A DNA stretch of 64,000 bases from Planctomycetota bacterium. Its GTDB lineage: Bacteria; Planctomycetota; UBA1135. The notes beneath the pieces were generated by a model that ran no database searches, was not told the origin of the DNA, and was given only the letters and a program-made list of their open reading frames with translations. Shown here one piece after another: positions 55,607-64,000 of this stretch (the first letter of the stretch is position 1; each line of letters begins with the position of its first letter). The stretch covers positions 107,541-171,540 of the forward strand of contig JASFYO010000002.1 in NCBI GenBank assembly GCA_045047305.1, written 5' to 3'. Made by a program: the position numbers and the translations under genes.

Positions 55607-57604
55607 ATGTCTCGTTCCCAGTCAGGAAATTCCCAACTCATCGGCCTTCTTGTAGTCGGTGTTTTCGTCCTCGGTGCTATCGGATTCCTCTTTATGAGTG
55701 ACTCCGCAGACGCCACGGACCCCAATGCCATCGCCCCTGTCACAGAGGTTGTGGAAGAAAATCTCCCCGTCGAAGGAGGCACTTTGGATCCTGGTCCAAT
55801 ACGCCAACCAGCTCGCGTGGACTCAGCCTCCCGCACCGATCTAGACACGGGCCCAGCGCTGACCAGCAACGACGAAGCCATTGGTGCTGCCGTTTATGGC
55901 GTAGTGATTAACAATGAAGGGCACCCGGTTGCGGAAGCCATTGTCAGTTTGACCCAAAAGTACAATGCCGGCACTTTGCTTGCTGATTTCCAAAAGACGC
56001 AAAGGTTTGAAGCCGAAACCGACTCCAAAGGTCGTTATCGCTTCCGCAAACTACCTGCGAATAAGGACATGAACATCTGGGTTTACCACGGCGATTACGC
56101 GCCGACCCAAGGCCCTAACTTCGCATCGCTTGCCGATGAGTCACAAGAGCTTCCACCGATTGTGCTCAAAGATGGGTACGCCATCGCCGGTCAAGTCACC
56201 GATACCAATCACAATCCTCTTTCTGCCAAAGTCCAGTTACGCAAACAGAAGAATGGATTCAAGCATAGCTCGCCTGAAGAGCAACTCGCAGAGGATCGCG
56301 CACTCGGTCGTTTGCTAGAAGTGCAAGCGGATGAAAACGGTAACTTCCAATTCAAAAACATCGCTGAAGGCATTTGGATTTTGCGCGCCGATATGGAGGG
56401 CTTCGCTTCCTCGGAAGTACGTCCAATTGCATGTTTTGAGAGCAAAAGCATTGAAGACCAGGAAGTCATCCTGGACGACGAGCATCACATCGCCGGACGT
56501 GCGGTGGATGAAAACGATCAGCCTATTGTAAATGGCTTGGTCAACGTCTCACGAGTGCAACCGCGACCCATCCTGACCGGATCCACGCGTACCCTCGACG
56601 ATGGCAGTTTCGATGTCCGAGGCCTTGCAGCCGGCGTATACGGCCTTTCAGTACAAGCCGAAGGCTACACCAATGGCCATGCTGGTCGCGTACAAGCCGA
56701 CACCGAGACCTTAGTGGTCGTCATGCAACAAAAGGCTGGAGTCACTGGTCGCATCACCAATCCAGATGGCGGACCTGTCGCCAAATTCAGCTTGGAAATC
56801 ATGCGCACCCGCTCTGGGACCAAGCAATACGGCATGACCGGTGCGACTTATGAATTCAGCTCTACCGATGGCACCTATGCCTTAGAAAGCCTGGATCCAG
56901 GCACGTTCATTCTACTCGCACGGGCTCCAGGACTCGCGGCAACCTACTCCGCACCCTTCCGCATTGACCGCGAAGAAGTTGCAGGCATAGATATCCCGAT
57001 GAAAGCTGGTGGTGTTGTGGTCGGTCAAGTCATCGATGGCACCACGCATAAGCCCATCGCCGGCGCCTTGATTAGCCTGCACGGAGACGAGTACAACCCC
57101 GATGAAATCGATTCCCTGTTTGGCGCTTCTCTTGGAGACCCGAATAACATCCCTCGCCTTACTGCGACGACCGACAGGGATGGAAAGTTCCGCCTAGAAA
57201 ACTCCTTTCCTGGGACCGTCCAAATTTTAGTGAGCCATAAGAAGTACTTGCCTGAATTAGTCGCAACTACGGTGATTGAGAACAGCAATAACGACTTAGG
57301 TGCGATTTCGATTTTCCAAGGGGGAAGTATATTTGGCATCGCGCGCAACAAGGATGGCGGCATGCTCACCGGCGGCAGCATCAACCTGTCGCGTAAGGAT
57401 GGCGGCAGCTTCTTTCATAAGCGCGCCACCGTGGATGCCCGTGGACGCTTCCGCTTCGACGGCCTCAAGGCTGGCTCCTATGAGCTTGTGGCTTATCCAC
57501 CGTCCAACGAAAGCATGTTCCTCTTCCCTCCAGAAGGCGATAAAAAGAGTGTTTACGTGGCTGATGGCACTGACGTGGAAGTCGACCTAAATTCGAGCCT
57601 CTAG
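55607..57604 (+). CDS. Membrane-anchored protein with tandem carboxypeptidase-regulatory-like beta-sandwich repeats
   Basis: N-terminal TM and about five G-V-D..G.P...A.V....TD..G.F units. Confidence 0.8.
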   Translation: MSRSQSGNSQLIGLLVVGVFVLGAIGFLFMSDSADATDPNAIAPVTEVVEENLPVEGGTLDPGPIRQPARVDSASRTDLDTGPALTSNDEAIGAAVYGVVINNEGHPVAEAIVSLTQKYNAGTLLADFQKTQRFEAETDSKGRYRFRKLPANKDMNIWVYHGDYAPTQGPNFASLADESQELPPIVLKDGYAIAGQVTDTNHNPLSAKVQLRKQKNGFKHSSPEEQLAEDRALGRLLEVQADENGNFQFKNIAEGIWILRADMEGFASSEVRPIACFESKSIEDQEVILDDEHHIAGRAVDENDQPIVNGLVNVSRVQPRPILTGSTRTLDDGSFDVRGLAAGVYGLSVQAEGYTNGHAGRVQADTETLVVVMQQKAGVTGRITNPDGGPVAKFSLEIMRTRSGTKQYGMTGATYEFSSTDGTYALESLDPGTFILLARAPGLAATYSAPFRIDREEVAGIDIPMKAGGVVVGQVIDGTTHKPIAGALISLHGDEYNPDEIDSLFGASLGDPNNIPRLTATTDRDGKFRLENSFPGTVQILVSHKKYLPELVATTVIENSNNDLGAISIFQGGSIFGIARNKDGGMLTGGSINLSRKDGGSFFHKRATVDARGRFRFDGLKAGSYELVAYPPSNESMFLFPPEGDKKSVYVADGTDVEVDLNSSL

Positions 57605-57687
57605 GCAGCGTTTTTACAGATTATCCCCAGCGCGAGCGGGAATTGTGCGTATCCTGTGCCGTCCTGGACTATCCAGGACGTCCTAGC

Positions 57688-58926
57688 ATGATTCTCTCCA
57701 CACTCCTCCTTTTTGCCGTTCCTGCCCAGGAACCGGTCCCTAGCGACATCCGCGTCAGTGACCTCAAAACCCACATCAGTTTCCTGGCTAGCGATGAGCT
57801 AGAAGGCCGCGAAGCTGGCAAGCGTGGCGGTCACCTCGCTGCTGGATATGTTGAAAACCAGTTTCGCCGCTTTGGGCTCCAAACCATCACCAAAGATGGC
57901 TCGTACCGCATCCCCTTCCAACTCGGCGCAGACACCGCCTACAACGTAGTTGGCCTGCTCCCGGGAACCGATCCAAAAATGCAAGATGTCTATTTTGCGG
58001 TTGGCGGTCACCATGATCATGCTGGCCTCGGCTCGCGCCTTTCCGGAGCCATGGGATTTCCCTATGAAATCCACAACGGCGCCGATGACAACGCTTCCGG
58101 AACCTCCGGCGTGCTGGAGCTTGCAGAGTATTTTACTGCTCACCCACTCAAGCACCCCATTCTCTTCATGACCTTCAGTGGTGAAGAGCGCGGTCTGAAA
58201 GGCAGTAAAGCCTTAGTCGACAGCGGCGTGCTCCCGAACGACCAAATCATGGCCATGATTAATCTGGACATGGTTGGCCGCTTGAAGGACGACGCCCTTT
58301 TTGTTGGCGGTCTTGGCACCGCAGCGGAACTACACGACATCCTCGACCCTTTGTTCGAGAAAAGCTCCCTCAAGCTGGAGCTCGATGACCGCGGGGAAGC
58401 CCCAAGCGATAACACCAACTTCTTTCACGCGGGCATTCCCTCCTTATTCTTGTTCACCAACATCCACGAGGACTACCACATGCCCTCCGATGATGCCGAC
58501 AAGATTAACTACAAAGGCGAGGTCCGAGTGCTAAGTTTGGCGCGCGACATGCTGAGCTTACTTGACCAACAAACCAGTCTCACCTTTGTCAACAAGGGTG
58601 GCATGGGTATGCCTGCGGATTTCATGGACCGTATGTCGGAACACTATCGCCGGATTAGTGCGCGCAAGGCGCTAAAGGGCAAATTGGGCCTTCGTGTGAG
58701 TGTCGACGAAGACACTGGACTTGTCGTCAACACGGTCACCCCTGGCAGTGCTGCGGCAGAAGCAGGACTGGAAGTCGGCGACCTTGTCCTCTCGGTTGCG
58801 GGAACGGAAACCCCAAACATGACCATGTTGCGTCGCGCTTTAGCTTCGGGCCTCAAGGGCGATTCGATTGAGCTTCACATCGCCCGTGGCACCACCAAGT
58901 TGCACCTTACCGCAATCTTGAAGTAG
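57688..58926 (+). CDS. Secreted M28-family aminopeptidase with a C-terminal PDZ domain
   Basis: LASDELEGR, GHHDH, NGADDNASG, GEERGLKGS, NLDMVGR, SD, DYH, PDZ (LGL..VTPGSAAAEAGLEVGD). Start re-set to MILSTLL. Confidence 0.93.
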   Translation: MILSTLLLFAVPAQEPVPSDIRVSDLKTHISFLASDELEGREAGKRGGHLAAGYVENQFRRFGLQTITKDGSYRIPFQLGADTAYNVVGLLPGTDPKMQDVYFAVGGHHDHAGLGSRLSGAMGFPYEIHNGADDNASGTSGVLELAEYFTAHPLKHPILFMTFSGEERGLKGSKALVDSGVLPNDQIMAMINLDMVGRLKDDALFVGGLGTAAELHDILDPLFEKSSLKLELDDRGEAPSDNTNFFHAGIPSLFLFTNIHEDYHMPSDDADKINYKGEVRVLSLARDMLSLLDQQTSLTFVNKGGMGMPADFMDRMSEHYRRISARKALKGKLGLRVSVDEDTGLVVNTVTPGSAAAEAGLEVGDLVLSVAGTETPNMTMLRRALASGLKGDSIELHIARGTTKLHLTAILK

Positions 58927-59563
58927 GACGATTTCCTGCGGGGTCCACTTGCGGCACCTCGTACTCCTGCCACGTGGTCCAACTGCGCGCAGGAAAGAAA
59001 AACCCAGAAGGCCGGAAGCGCAAATCAATGCGCTCGCCGGCCTTCAACGTTTCAAGCCACACGCGTCGCTTGAGGCCGTCGAAGGAATCACACACTGCGG
59101 TGACCTCTTGAATTGGAGACCGACCATGGCGTCGCCATTGCAAAACGCTTTGCGGGTCAGCGGTGCGCCAGGTAACCGAAGCCCAATCTGGCCCCCACGT
59201 GAGCATGGGTGGATCTTCCCACGCACTCCCCGAAAGTTGCATGCTGCCGGCGCGGACATCAATGTTTAACTGACGGCCAGACCAGACATCGATCTGTAAA
59301 AGGCGTGACGAATGGGACTCTGGCGCTGGAGTCGGCCATGGGATGGGCGCTGCTGGGGCCTCCGTTTCGAGCAAAAAGGCATTGAAATAGCGCAATTCCT
59401 GCGCCTTGCATTCCACTTGGATCAAGCCCTGCATGGGGTCATAAGCAACCCGGCTTGGTGAATCTAAAAGCCGCTGCGCCGAGGGCTGATGAGCGGCCGG
59501 CAATATGGTTAACGCACCACCGCTGAGGACCAAAACCAGAGAAAGGGCGAAAAAGGTGCGCAT
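58907..59563 (-). CDS. Hypothetical secreted/membrane-anchored protein
   Basis: Fills the gap between M28 and the next gene, with a signal-like N-terminus MRTFFALSLVLVL. No recognised motif. Confidence 0.55.
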   Translation of the reverse strand: MRTFFALSLVLVLSGGALTILPAAHQPSAQRLLDSPSRVAYDPMQGLIQVECKAQELRYFNAFLLETEAPAAPIPWPTPAPESHSSRLLQIDVWSGRQLNIDVRAGSMQLSGSAWEDPPMLTWGPDWASVTWRTADPQSVLQWRRHGRSPIQEVTAVCDSFDGLKRRVWLETLKAGERIDLRFRPSGFFFPARSWTTWQEYEVPQVDPAGNRPTSRLR

Positions 59564-59586
59564 GGGCTCTAGAATAACCGACGGGG

Positions 59587-62562
59587 ATGGATAAAAAGGT
59601 ATTACTCGGGATAGGAGGAGCTGCGGCCTTGATTGCTGCTTGGGCTCTATGGGATATGTCTGGCCCTGCGCCAAACGACTTCGACGCCGGCTTGGAAGAA
59701 GACCCAGCGTATGTCGCAGACATGCTAGAGGAAAAGGCCGACGACTCGAGCCCAACCCGACGCCTCGTCATCCGCGATCAAAATGACCTGGACACGCGCG
59801 AGGTTGCGGTTTATGCGGACACCGGTGAAGAAGTGATTCGCCTGACCAGCAAAACCGGTTGGGTGCGCTTGCCAGTCACTGCCGAGCGCCTCACCCCGGC
59901 TGCTGCTTTGGCAGATGGACGCTGGAGCAGCGTCAGCAACATTCCCTTCGAATCGGATGACACGCCAGTCCTAAAGACCTCGGTGGCGTCGGCACACTTA
60001 CGCATTGATGTGCAAATTGAAGGTCTCGACAACGCCGTGGAACCTTGGGTTGAGATTCACCCGCTTGGCGACGACGGCATATCCGCCTCCGCCAACCTTT
60101 ACCTAGATGTCTTGACCGCAGGAAGTTTCCGCTTCCATGGCGCTGACAGCGTAATCAAAATCCAGGACCTCCCCCCTACGGTTTATCAATTGGATGTCGG
60201 GCATGAAGGCAGCCCGAGTGTGCGCTTGCAAATTAAAATGGAAGCCGGCCAAATCAGCCAACCGACCGTGCGACTCCAACAAGGGGCGCGCTTGCACGGC
60301 GTGATCCAAAGCATTGATAAGGATGGCAAAAAAATTGGCCTAAAAAATGCGACTCTTGCCCTGTGGCCTTTGATTTCCGGCGGCACCGGATGGGATGACC
60401 CCCTCACTCCATTCCGCATTTACGGAACGCTGCCTCCACGCATTACCAAAGCGGAGCGCACGCAATCGGGCGCCGAAGGGAAAGCCAATCTGCGCAACAT
60501 CCCTCCTGGCAAGTACCGCTTACTGGCCTTTGCCGAAGGTTATCGTCCAGTTGTGGGCGAAAAAGTCGTGGAGTTAGGCTCGGGCGAAGACCTGGAATTC
60601 GACCCCTTCACCCTATTAGCGGGCAAATCCCTGCAAGTGCACTTACTGGCCGAAGAAGGTGGCCCAGTACCCAATGCCGCCATTCACTGGCAACTGCGAC
60701 CCCCTTCAGGGCGTCCGCTTCTTGGGCAAATGGCCTCGCGCAAATTCACTTCCGCCGCGGATGGACGCTGCCTTCTTAGTGGGCTACCCGAGACCGAACT
60801 TTGGTTACAAATCGTGCATCCCAATTATGCTGTGTTCGAAACCCGCATAAACATGGACGCGGATAGCGACACTCTAGAGCGCGAATACACCTTGCTCCAC
60901 GGACGTGATCTTGATGGCCAAATTCTAGATGCGATTTCGGGCAAAGGGGTAGCAGGTGTCAACTTGAAGATTCTCCCTCAAATCGGCAGTGCCGGAGCGA
61001 GCAGTGGCTTCGGCAGCAATTATCCCACCGAGACTACCAGCGATCATCAAGGTGCGTTTTCTTTCCACAGCTTGCCACCTGCCACTTACCTACTACTTGC
61101 CCACCACGAGCAATACGCATCCACGCTATCCAGCCCTATTCAGGTCGATGCCGAACACGTTCGCCCGCATACCATCATGCTCTCGCCCGGCGCCTCGCTT
61201 GAGGTTGAGTTGCTAGATGGTGCTGGCCGCCCTGCCGCCCAGGAGTGGGTGGTTGTGCGTTGCGAATCTCCGGAATCCTTTTCCCGCGAGCGCACCAACG
61301 ACCAAGGCTTGGCACGCTTCCAACATCTGGCCCCCGGCACCTACCGGGTGATGCATGCCGATTCCGTCGCCGACGCCATGAGCTCAGGGGGACGTTTGCA
61401 TCGGGATTATGAATTCACCAGCCTGCTCGACTCTGACACCCGCAGGCTCACCTTGGGTGGCCGCATCGTGCACTCCACCTTGGAGGGATTCGTGCTCCTC
61501 CGCGGACGTCCGGCAAGCAACTATCGCGTCGCCCTCCTCGCCGACGATGGCACCCGCCTCGCAACCAGTGACAGCAGCGGATTTTTCCAATTCGATAGCC
61601 TCATTCCCGGACGCTATTTATTCCAAGTCACCAGCCCCCAAGGCCCGTCCGCAGGAAGTTTTTACGGCAGTGCATGGGTCACGGGCGAAGAAGTCGTCAA
61701 GCGCGACATCCTCCTGCCATCTTCTGCCTTGGAAGTGCATGTCGTCGACGCTGCAAGCGGACTCCCGATTGCACACATGCCCATCACCTTGCGCCCAGCC
61801 GATGGCACCGACATCCTCGGCGGACAATTCCAAGTCACCGATGCAGAAGGCTTGGTTCGCTTTGAGACCCTCCGCGATGGAGAATATTTAGTTTGCGCTG
61901 GGGATGCAGCCACTCCCTTCTACGGCGGCGACGGCAAGTACGGCGCAACCCTGGAACCCGTTCGTATTCGTGCCTCGAATCAGGACACACCGCGTATCGA
62001 AGTGCGGGCACCACGCGGTGCAAGCTTGACCGCCCATGTGCAAGACCGTCAAGGACGTCCCATAGAAGGAGTGCATCTGCATTACCAAGACGCCTTTGGC
62101 AATGTACTGAATCAAGCTTCTCTGCAAGGTAGCAATGCCCGAGGCGACATCACCCTCAAGGGGCTTCCCTCTGGCCCGGGTTATTTGATTGCCCGTCACC
62201 CCAAGCTTGGGATCACGCGGATGTCGATTGATTTGGTTCCGGGGCAACGCACAAAACGCGTGGTGCGCTTAGAACCGGGTATCACCTTGCATGTGCACGT
62301 GGTCGACCGCGAAGGCAGTCCTGTGCCCGGAGTGATGGCACGCGTTCTCAATCAAGAAGGGCAAGCAACCGGCGAGTTACGCAGTACTTCTGAGTTGCAG
62401 GCAGCGCGCTTGGCTTATCTACGAGGCACCGCGCAAACCTTAGGTCCATTCCAACCTGGAACCTACACCTTACGCTTACAGCGCCCAGGCGAAGAGCCGT
62501 TGGAAGAGACGATTGTCCTAGATGCTGGTGCCCAGGACATGCACCTCCGCCTTACTTACTAA
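59587..62562 (+). CDS. Membrane-anchored protein (991 aa) with tandem carboxypeptidase-regulatory-like repeats
   Basis: N-terminal TM and repeated V.D..G.P...TD..G...F..L.PG.Y units. Confidence 0.8.
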   Translation: MDKKVLLGIGGAAALIAAWALWDMSGPAPNDFDAGLEEDPAYVADMLEEKADDSSPTRRLVIRDQNDLDTREVAVYADTGEEVIRLTSKTGWVRLPVTAERLTPAAALADGRWSSVSNIPFESDDTPVLKTSVASAHLRIDVQIEGLDNAVEPWVEIHPLGDDGISASANLYLDVLTAGSFRFHGADSVIKIQDLPPTVYQLDVGHEGSPSVRLQIKMEAGQISQPTVRLQQGARLHGVIQSIDKDGKKIGLKNATLALWPLISGGTGWDDPLTPFRIYGTLPPRITKAERTQSGAEGKANLRNIPPGKYRLLAFAEGYRPVVGEKVVELGSGEDLEFDPFTLLAGKSLQVHLLAEEGGPVPNAAIHWQLRPPSGRPLLGQMASRKFTSAADGRCLLSGLPETELWLQIVHPNYAVFETRINMDADSDTLEREYTLLHGRDLDGQILDAISGKGVAGVNLKILPQIGSAGASSGFGSNYPTETTSDHQGAFSFHSLPPATYLLLAHHEQYASTLSSPIQVDAEHVRPHTIMLSPGASLEVELLDGAGRPAAQEWVVVRCESPESFSRERTNDQGLARFQHLAPGTYRVMHADSVADAMSSGGRLHRDYEFTSLLDSDTRRLTLGGRIVHSTLEGFVLLRGRPASNYRVALLADDGTRLATSDSSGFFQFDSLIPGRYLFQVTSPQGPSAGSFYGSAWVTGEEVVKRDILLPSSALEVHVVDAASGLPIAHMPITLRPADGTDILGGQFQVTDAEGLVRFETLRDGEYLVCAGDAATPFYGGDGKYGATLEPVRIRASNQDTPRIEVRAPRGASLTAHVQDRQGRPIEGVHLHYQDAFGNVLNQASLQGSNARGDITLKGLPSGPGYLIARHPKLGITRMSIDLVPGQRTKRVVRLEPGITLHVHVVDREGSPVPGVMARVLNQEGQATGELRSTSELQAARLAYLRGTAQTLGPFQPGTYTLRLQRPGEEPLEETIVLDAGAQDMHLRLTY

Positions 62563-62568
62563 GCCATC

Positions 62569-63507
62569 TTGCTTTCCCCTCTCCTGCAAGCAGGCACTCC
62601 CCCCTTCGAGGGTGCTGGCGAATGGTCTGCGCTCGGTGGCGCAGCGGCGTGGGGTACTGCTTCGGTCCTGTATGCCCGCAACATGCGTGGCGATGATCCA
62701 CTCAGCGCGGTGTGGTTCAAGAATGCTGTGGCGGCCTTGGTGTTAGGCCTGCTTGCACTCATCCTTGGCTCCAACTATGGCGGTGGTCTACCTGCTACTG
62801 GCGAAACGCGATGGCTCGTCTTGTCCGGATTGCTCGGCATGTGCGTTGGAGATTGGCTCTACTTCGTGGCCATCACTCACATTGGACTTGGCCGTACCGT
62901 CATCATTTCCATGACGACGCCCGCCCTAACCGCCTTGCTTGCTTGGCCAGTGCACGGCCAAAAACTTGCCAGTGGTCAGTGGATTGGCATTGCTCTCGTG
63001 GTCGGTGGTGGCATGCTCGCGGAAAGCCGCCGTTTCGGCAAAGGCAAGTCCGACGCCAACGCTCACCTGGACCGCACCGGAGTCCTGGCTGCAATTACCT
63101 GTGCGCTGCTTTGGACAGCCGGGAACTTAGTCATCCACAATGGCCTCCACGGAACTGGGCCGGTGACTGGTGGAGCCCTTCGGCTCGGCTCCGGCGCCCT
63201 AGGGTTTGCGTTGTGGTTCCTTTTTCGCGGCGAGCTGAAAGGAAAGCTGAAGCAACTCGCATCCGCCAATTCTTGGCGGCGTTATGGAGTGGCCACCATG
63301 CTTGGCACAGTAATCGGCATGTGGCTCTATGTAGGTGGATTCAAATGGGCAAAACAGGGCGTGGCGGCCAGCTTATCGAGCTCAGTGCCACTTTTTGCCA
63401 TTCCACTATCGGTGTGGCTTTTAAACGAACGCCCCGGCTGGCGTGGCTGGCTTGGAGCCTGTGTGGTCGTGCTTGGAGTTTGCTTTGTTGGCGAACTCTT
63501 CGGCTAG
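62569..63507 (+). CDS. DMT/EamA-family transporter
   Basis: About ten TMs in two repeats, LSGLLGMCVGDWLYF, PLFAIPLSVWLLNER. Start uncertain. Confidence 0.88.
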   Translation: MLSPLLQAGTPPFEGAGEWSALGGAAAWGTASVLYARNMRGDDPLSAVWFKNAVAALVLGLLALILGSNYGGGLPATGETRWLVLSGLLGMCVGDWLYFVAITHIGLGRTVIISMTTPALTALLAWPVHGQKLASGQWIGIALVVGGGMLAESRRFGKGKSDANAHLDRTGVLAAITCALLWTAGNLVIHNGLHGTGPVTGGALRLGSGALGFALWFLFRGELKGKLKQLASANSWRRYGVATMLGTVIGMWLYVGGFKWAKQGVAASLSSSVPLFAIPLSVWLLNERPGWRGWLGACVVVLGVCFVGELFG

Positions 63508-63557
63508 GAAAAACTTACTAGCAAAGACCGGGCCAAGCGTAAGCTGGCATAAGGATT

Positions 63558-64000
63558 ATGCGGCTCTTACTTCCCCTACTACTCCTTGGCGGCCTGCTTG
63601 CTGCCATCTTTTTCATCTACACCGGTTCCTCCACAGCGGAGGAGGCCGGCTCCGATGCATCTCCAGAAACGGGGATTACGGCAGCGGACTTGCCCGATAT
63701 TGCACCAGCTGGTTCTTTGGAAATCGCCAACGAGGCAGAATCTGGACTTCAGCGTAGCAGTGAAGATCACGCCGCCTTGGTGCTTTCGGTTCTCGACCCA
63801 AACGGTGAACCCGCCTCCGACTTTAAGCTCTTCTTCGTCAAAACCGATGGAGAAGTCTTGGTCATGGAAGGAGAAAATGGCTCGCTCGCGCTAGCCAACA
63901 TCTCCGGCCTGGATGCCGTCTTCGGGTTTGGCAACCACTATTGGTCGGAATATGTCTCGCTAGAAAAGTCGGGCGACGCAACCTTCGAAACACCTTTGCA
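63558..64000 (+). CDS. Membrane-anchored protein, probably another carboxypeptidase-regulatory-like repeat protein (truncated by the window; absent from the ORF track)
   Basis: Manual translation MRLLLPLLLLGGLLAAIFFIY...LVLSVLDPNGEPASDFKL stays open to the window end. AAGGA SD upstream. Confidence 0.65.
   Translation, partial: MRLLLPLLLLGGLLAAIFFIYTGSSTAEEAGSDASPETGITAADLPDIAPAGSLEIANEAESGLQRSSEDHAALVLSVLDPNGEPASDFKLFFVKTDGEVLVMEGENGSLALANISGLDAVFGFGNHYWSEYVSLEKSGDATFETPL

Noticed and set aside
59564..59755. N-terminal extension of the 58907 ORF
   Set aside because: It is antisense to the 991-aa gene. A signal-like sequence begins at 59563.
1..64000. CRISPR arrays, rRNA/tRNA, riboswitches, IS elements
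   Set aside because: Intergenic gaps are all under about 160 nt, and I saw no spaced direct repeats, RNA-gene signatures or transposases. There is no room for an FMN riboswitch before ribH.

Overview
Gene-dense, moderately GC-rich bacterial chromosomal window with about 47 CDS. I found no rRNA, tRNA, CRISPR array, transposase or prophage. Gene content (ribH-nusB-ftsY synteny, secreted prenyltransferase-repeat toroid, Hanks kinase plus FHA protein, many membrane-anchored carboxypeptidase-regulatory-like proteins) suggests a Planctomycetota/PVC organism, which is an inference. Main blocks in order: tdh (partial); a complete mreB-mreC-mreD-pbp2-rodA elongasome operon; a two-gene coiled-coil/lysine-rich membrane unit with its own promoter and terminator; lnt and moeA; a two-permease RND system; ribH-nusB-ftsY and an O-antigen-ligase-like gene; a ~20 kb minus-strand type IV filament (pilus/T2SS-like) locus; rsmE; M1 aminopeptidase; a kinase-YkgJ-TPR/peptidase-radC operon divergent from an unusual single-AAA Clp ATPase; pgi and yugP; and several surface proteins and peptidases. 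The strongest candidate for an undescribed system is the filament locus. It starts with an FHA membrane protein and encodes a 1633-aa GspK-like pilin carrying multiple copies of a phage-virion-like repeat, several of them nested inside a split LamG domain. Other notable signals are the Clp ATPase/kinase pair with back-to-back sigma28-like motifs and frequent apparently leaderless promoters. All family calls come from motif recognition by eye; no searches were run.
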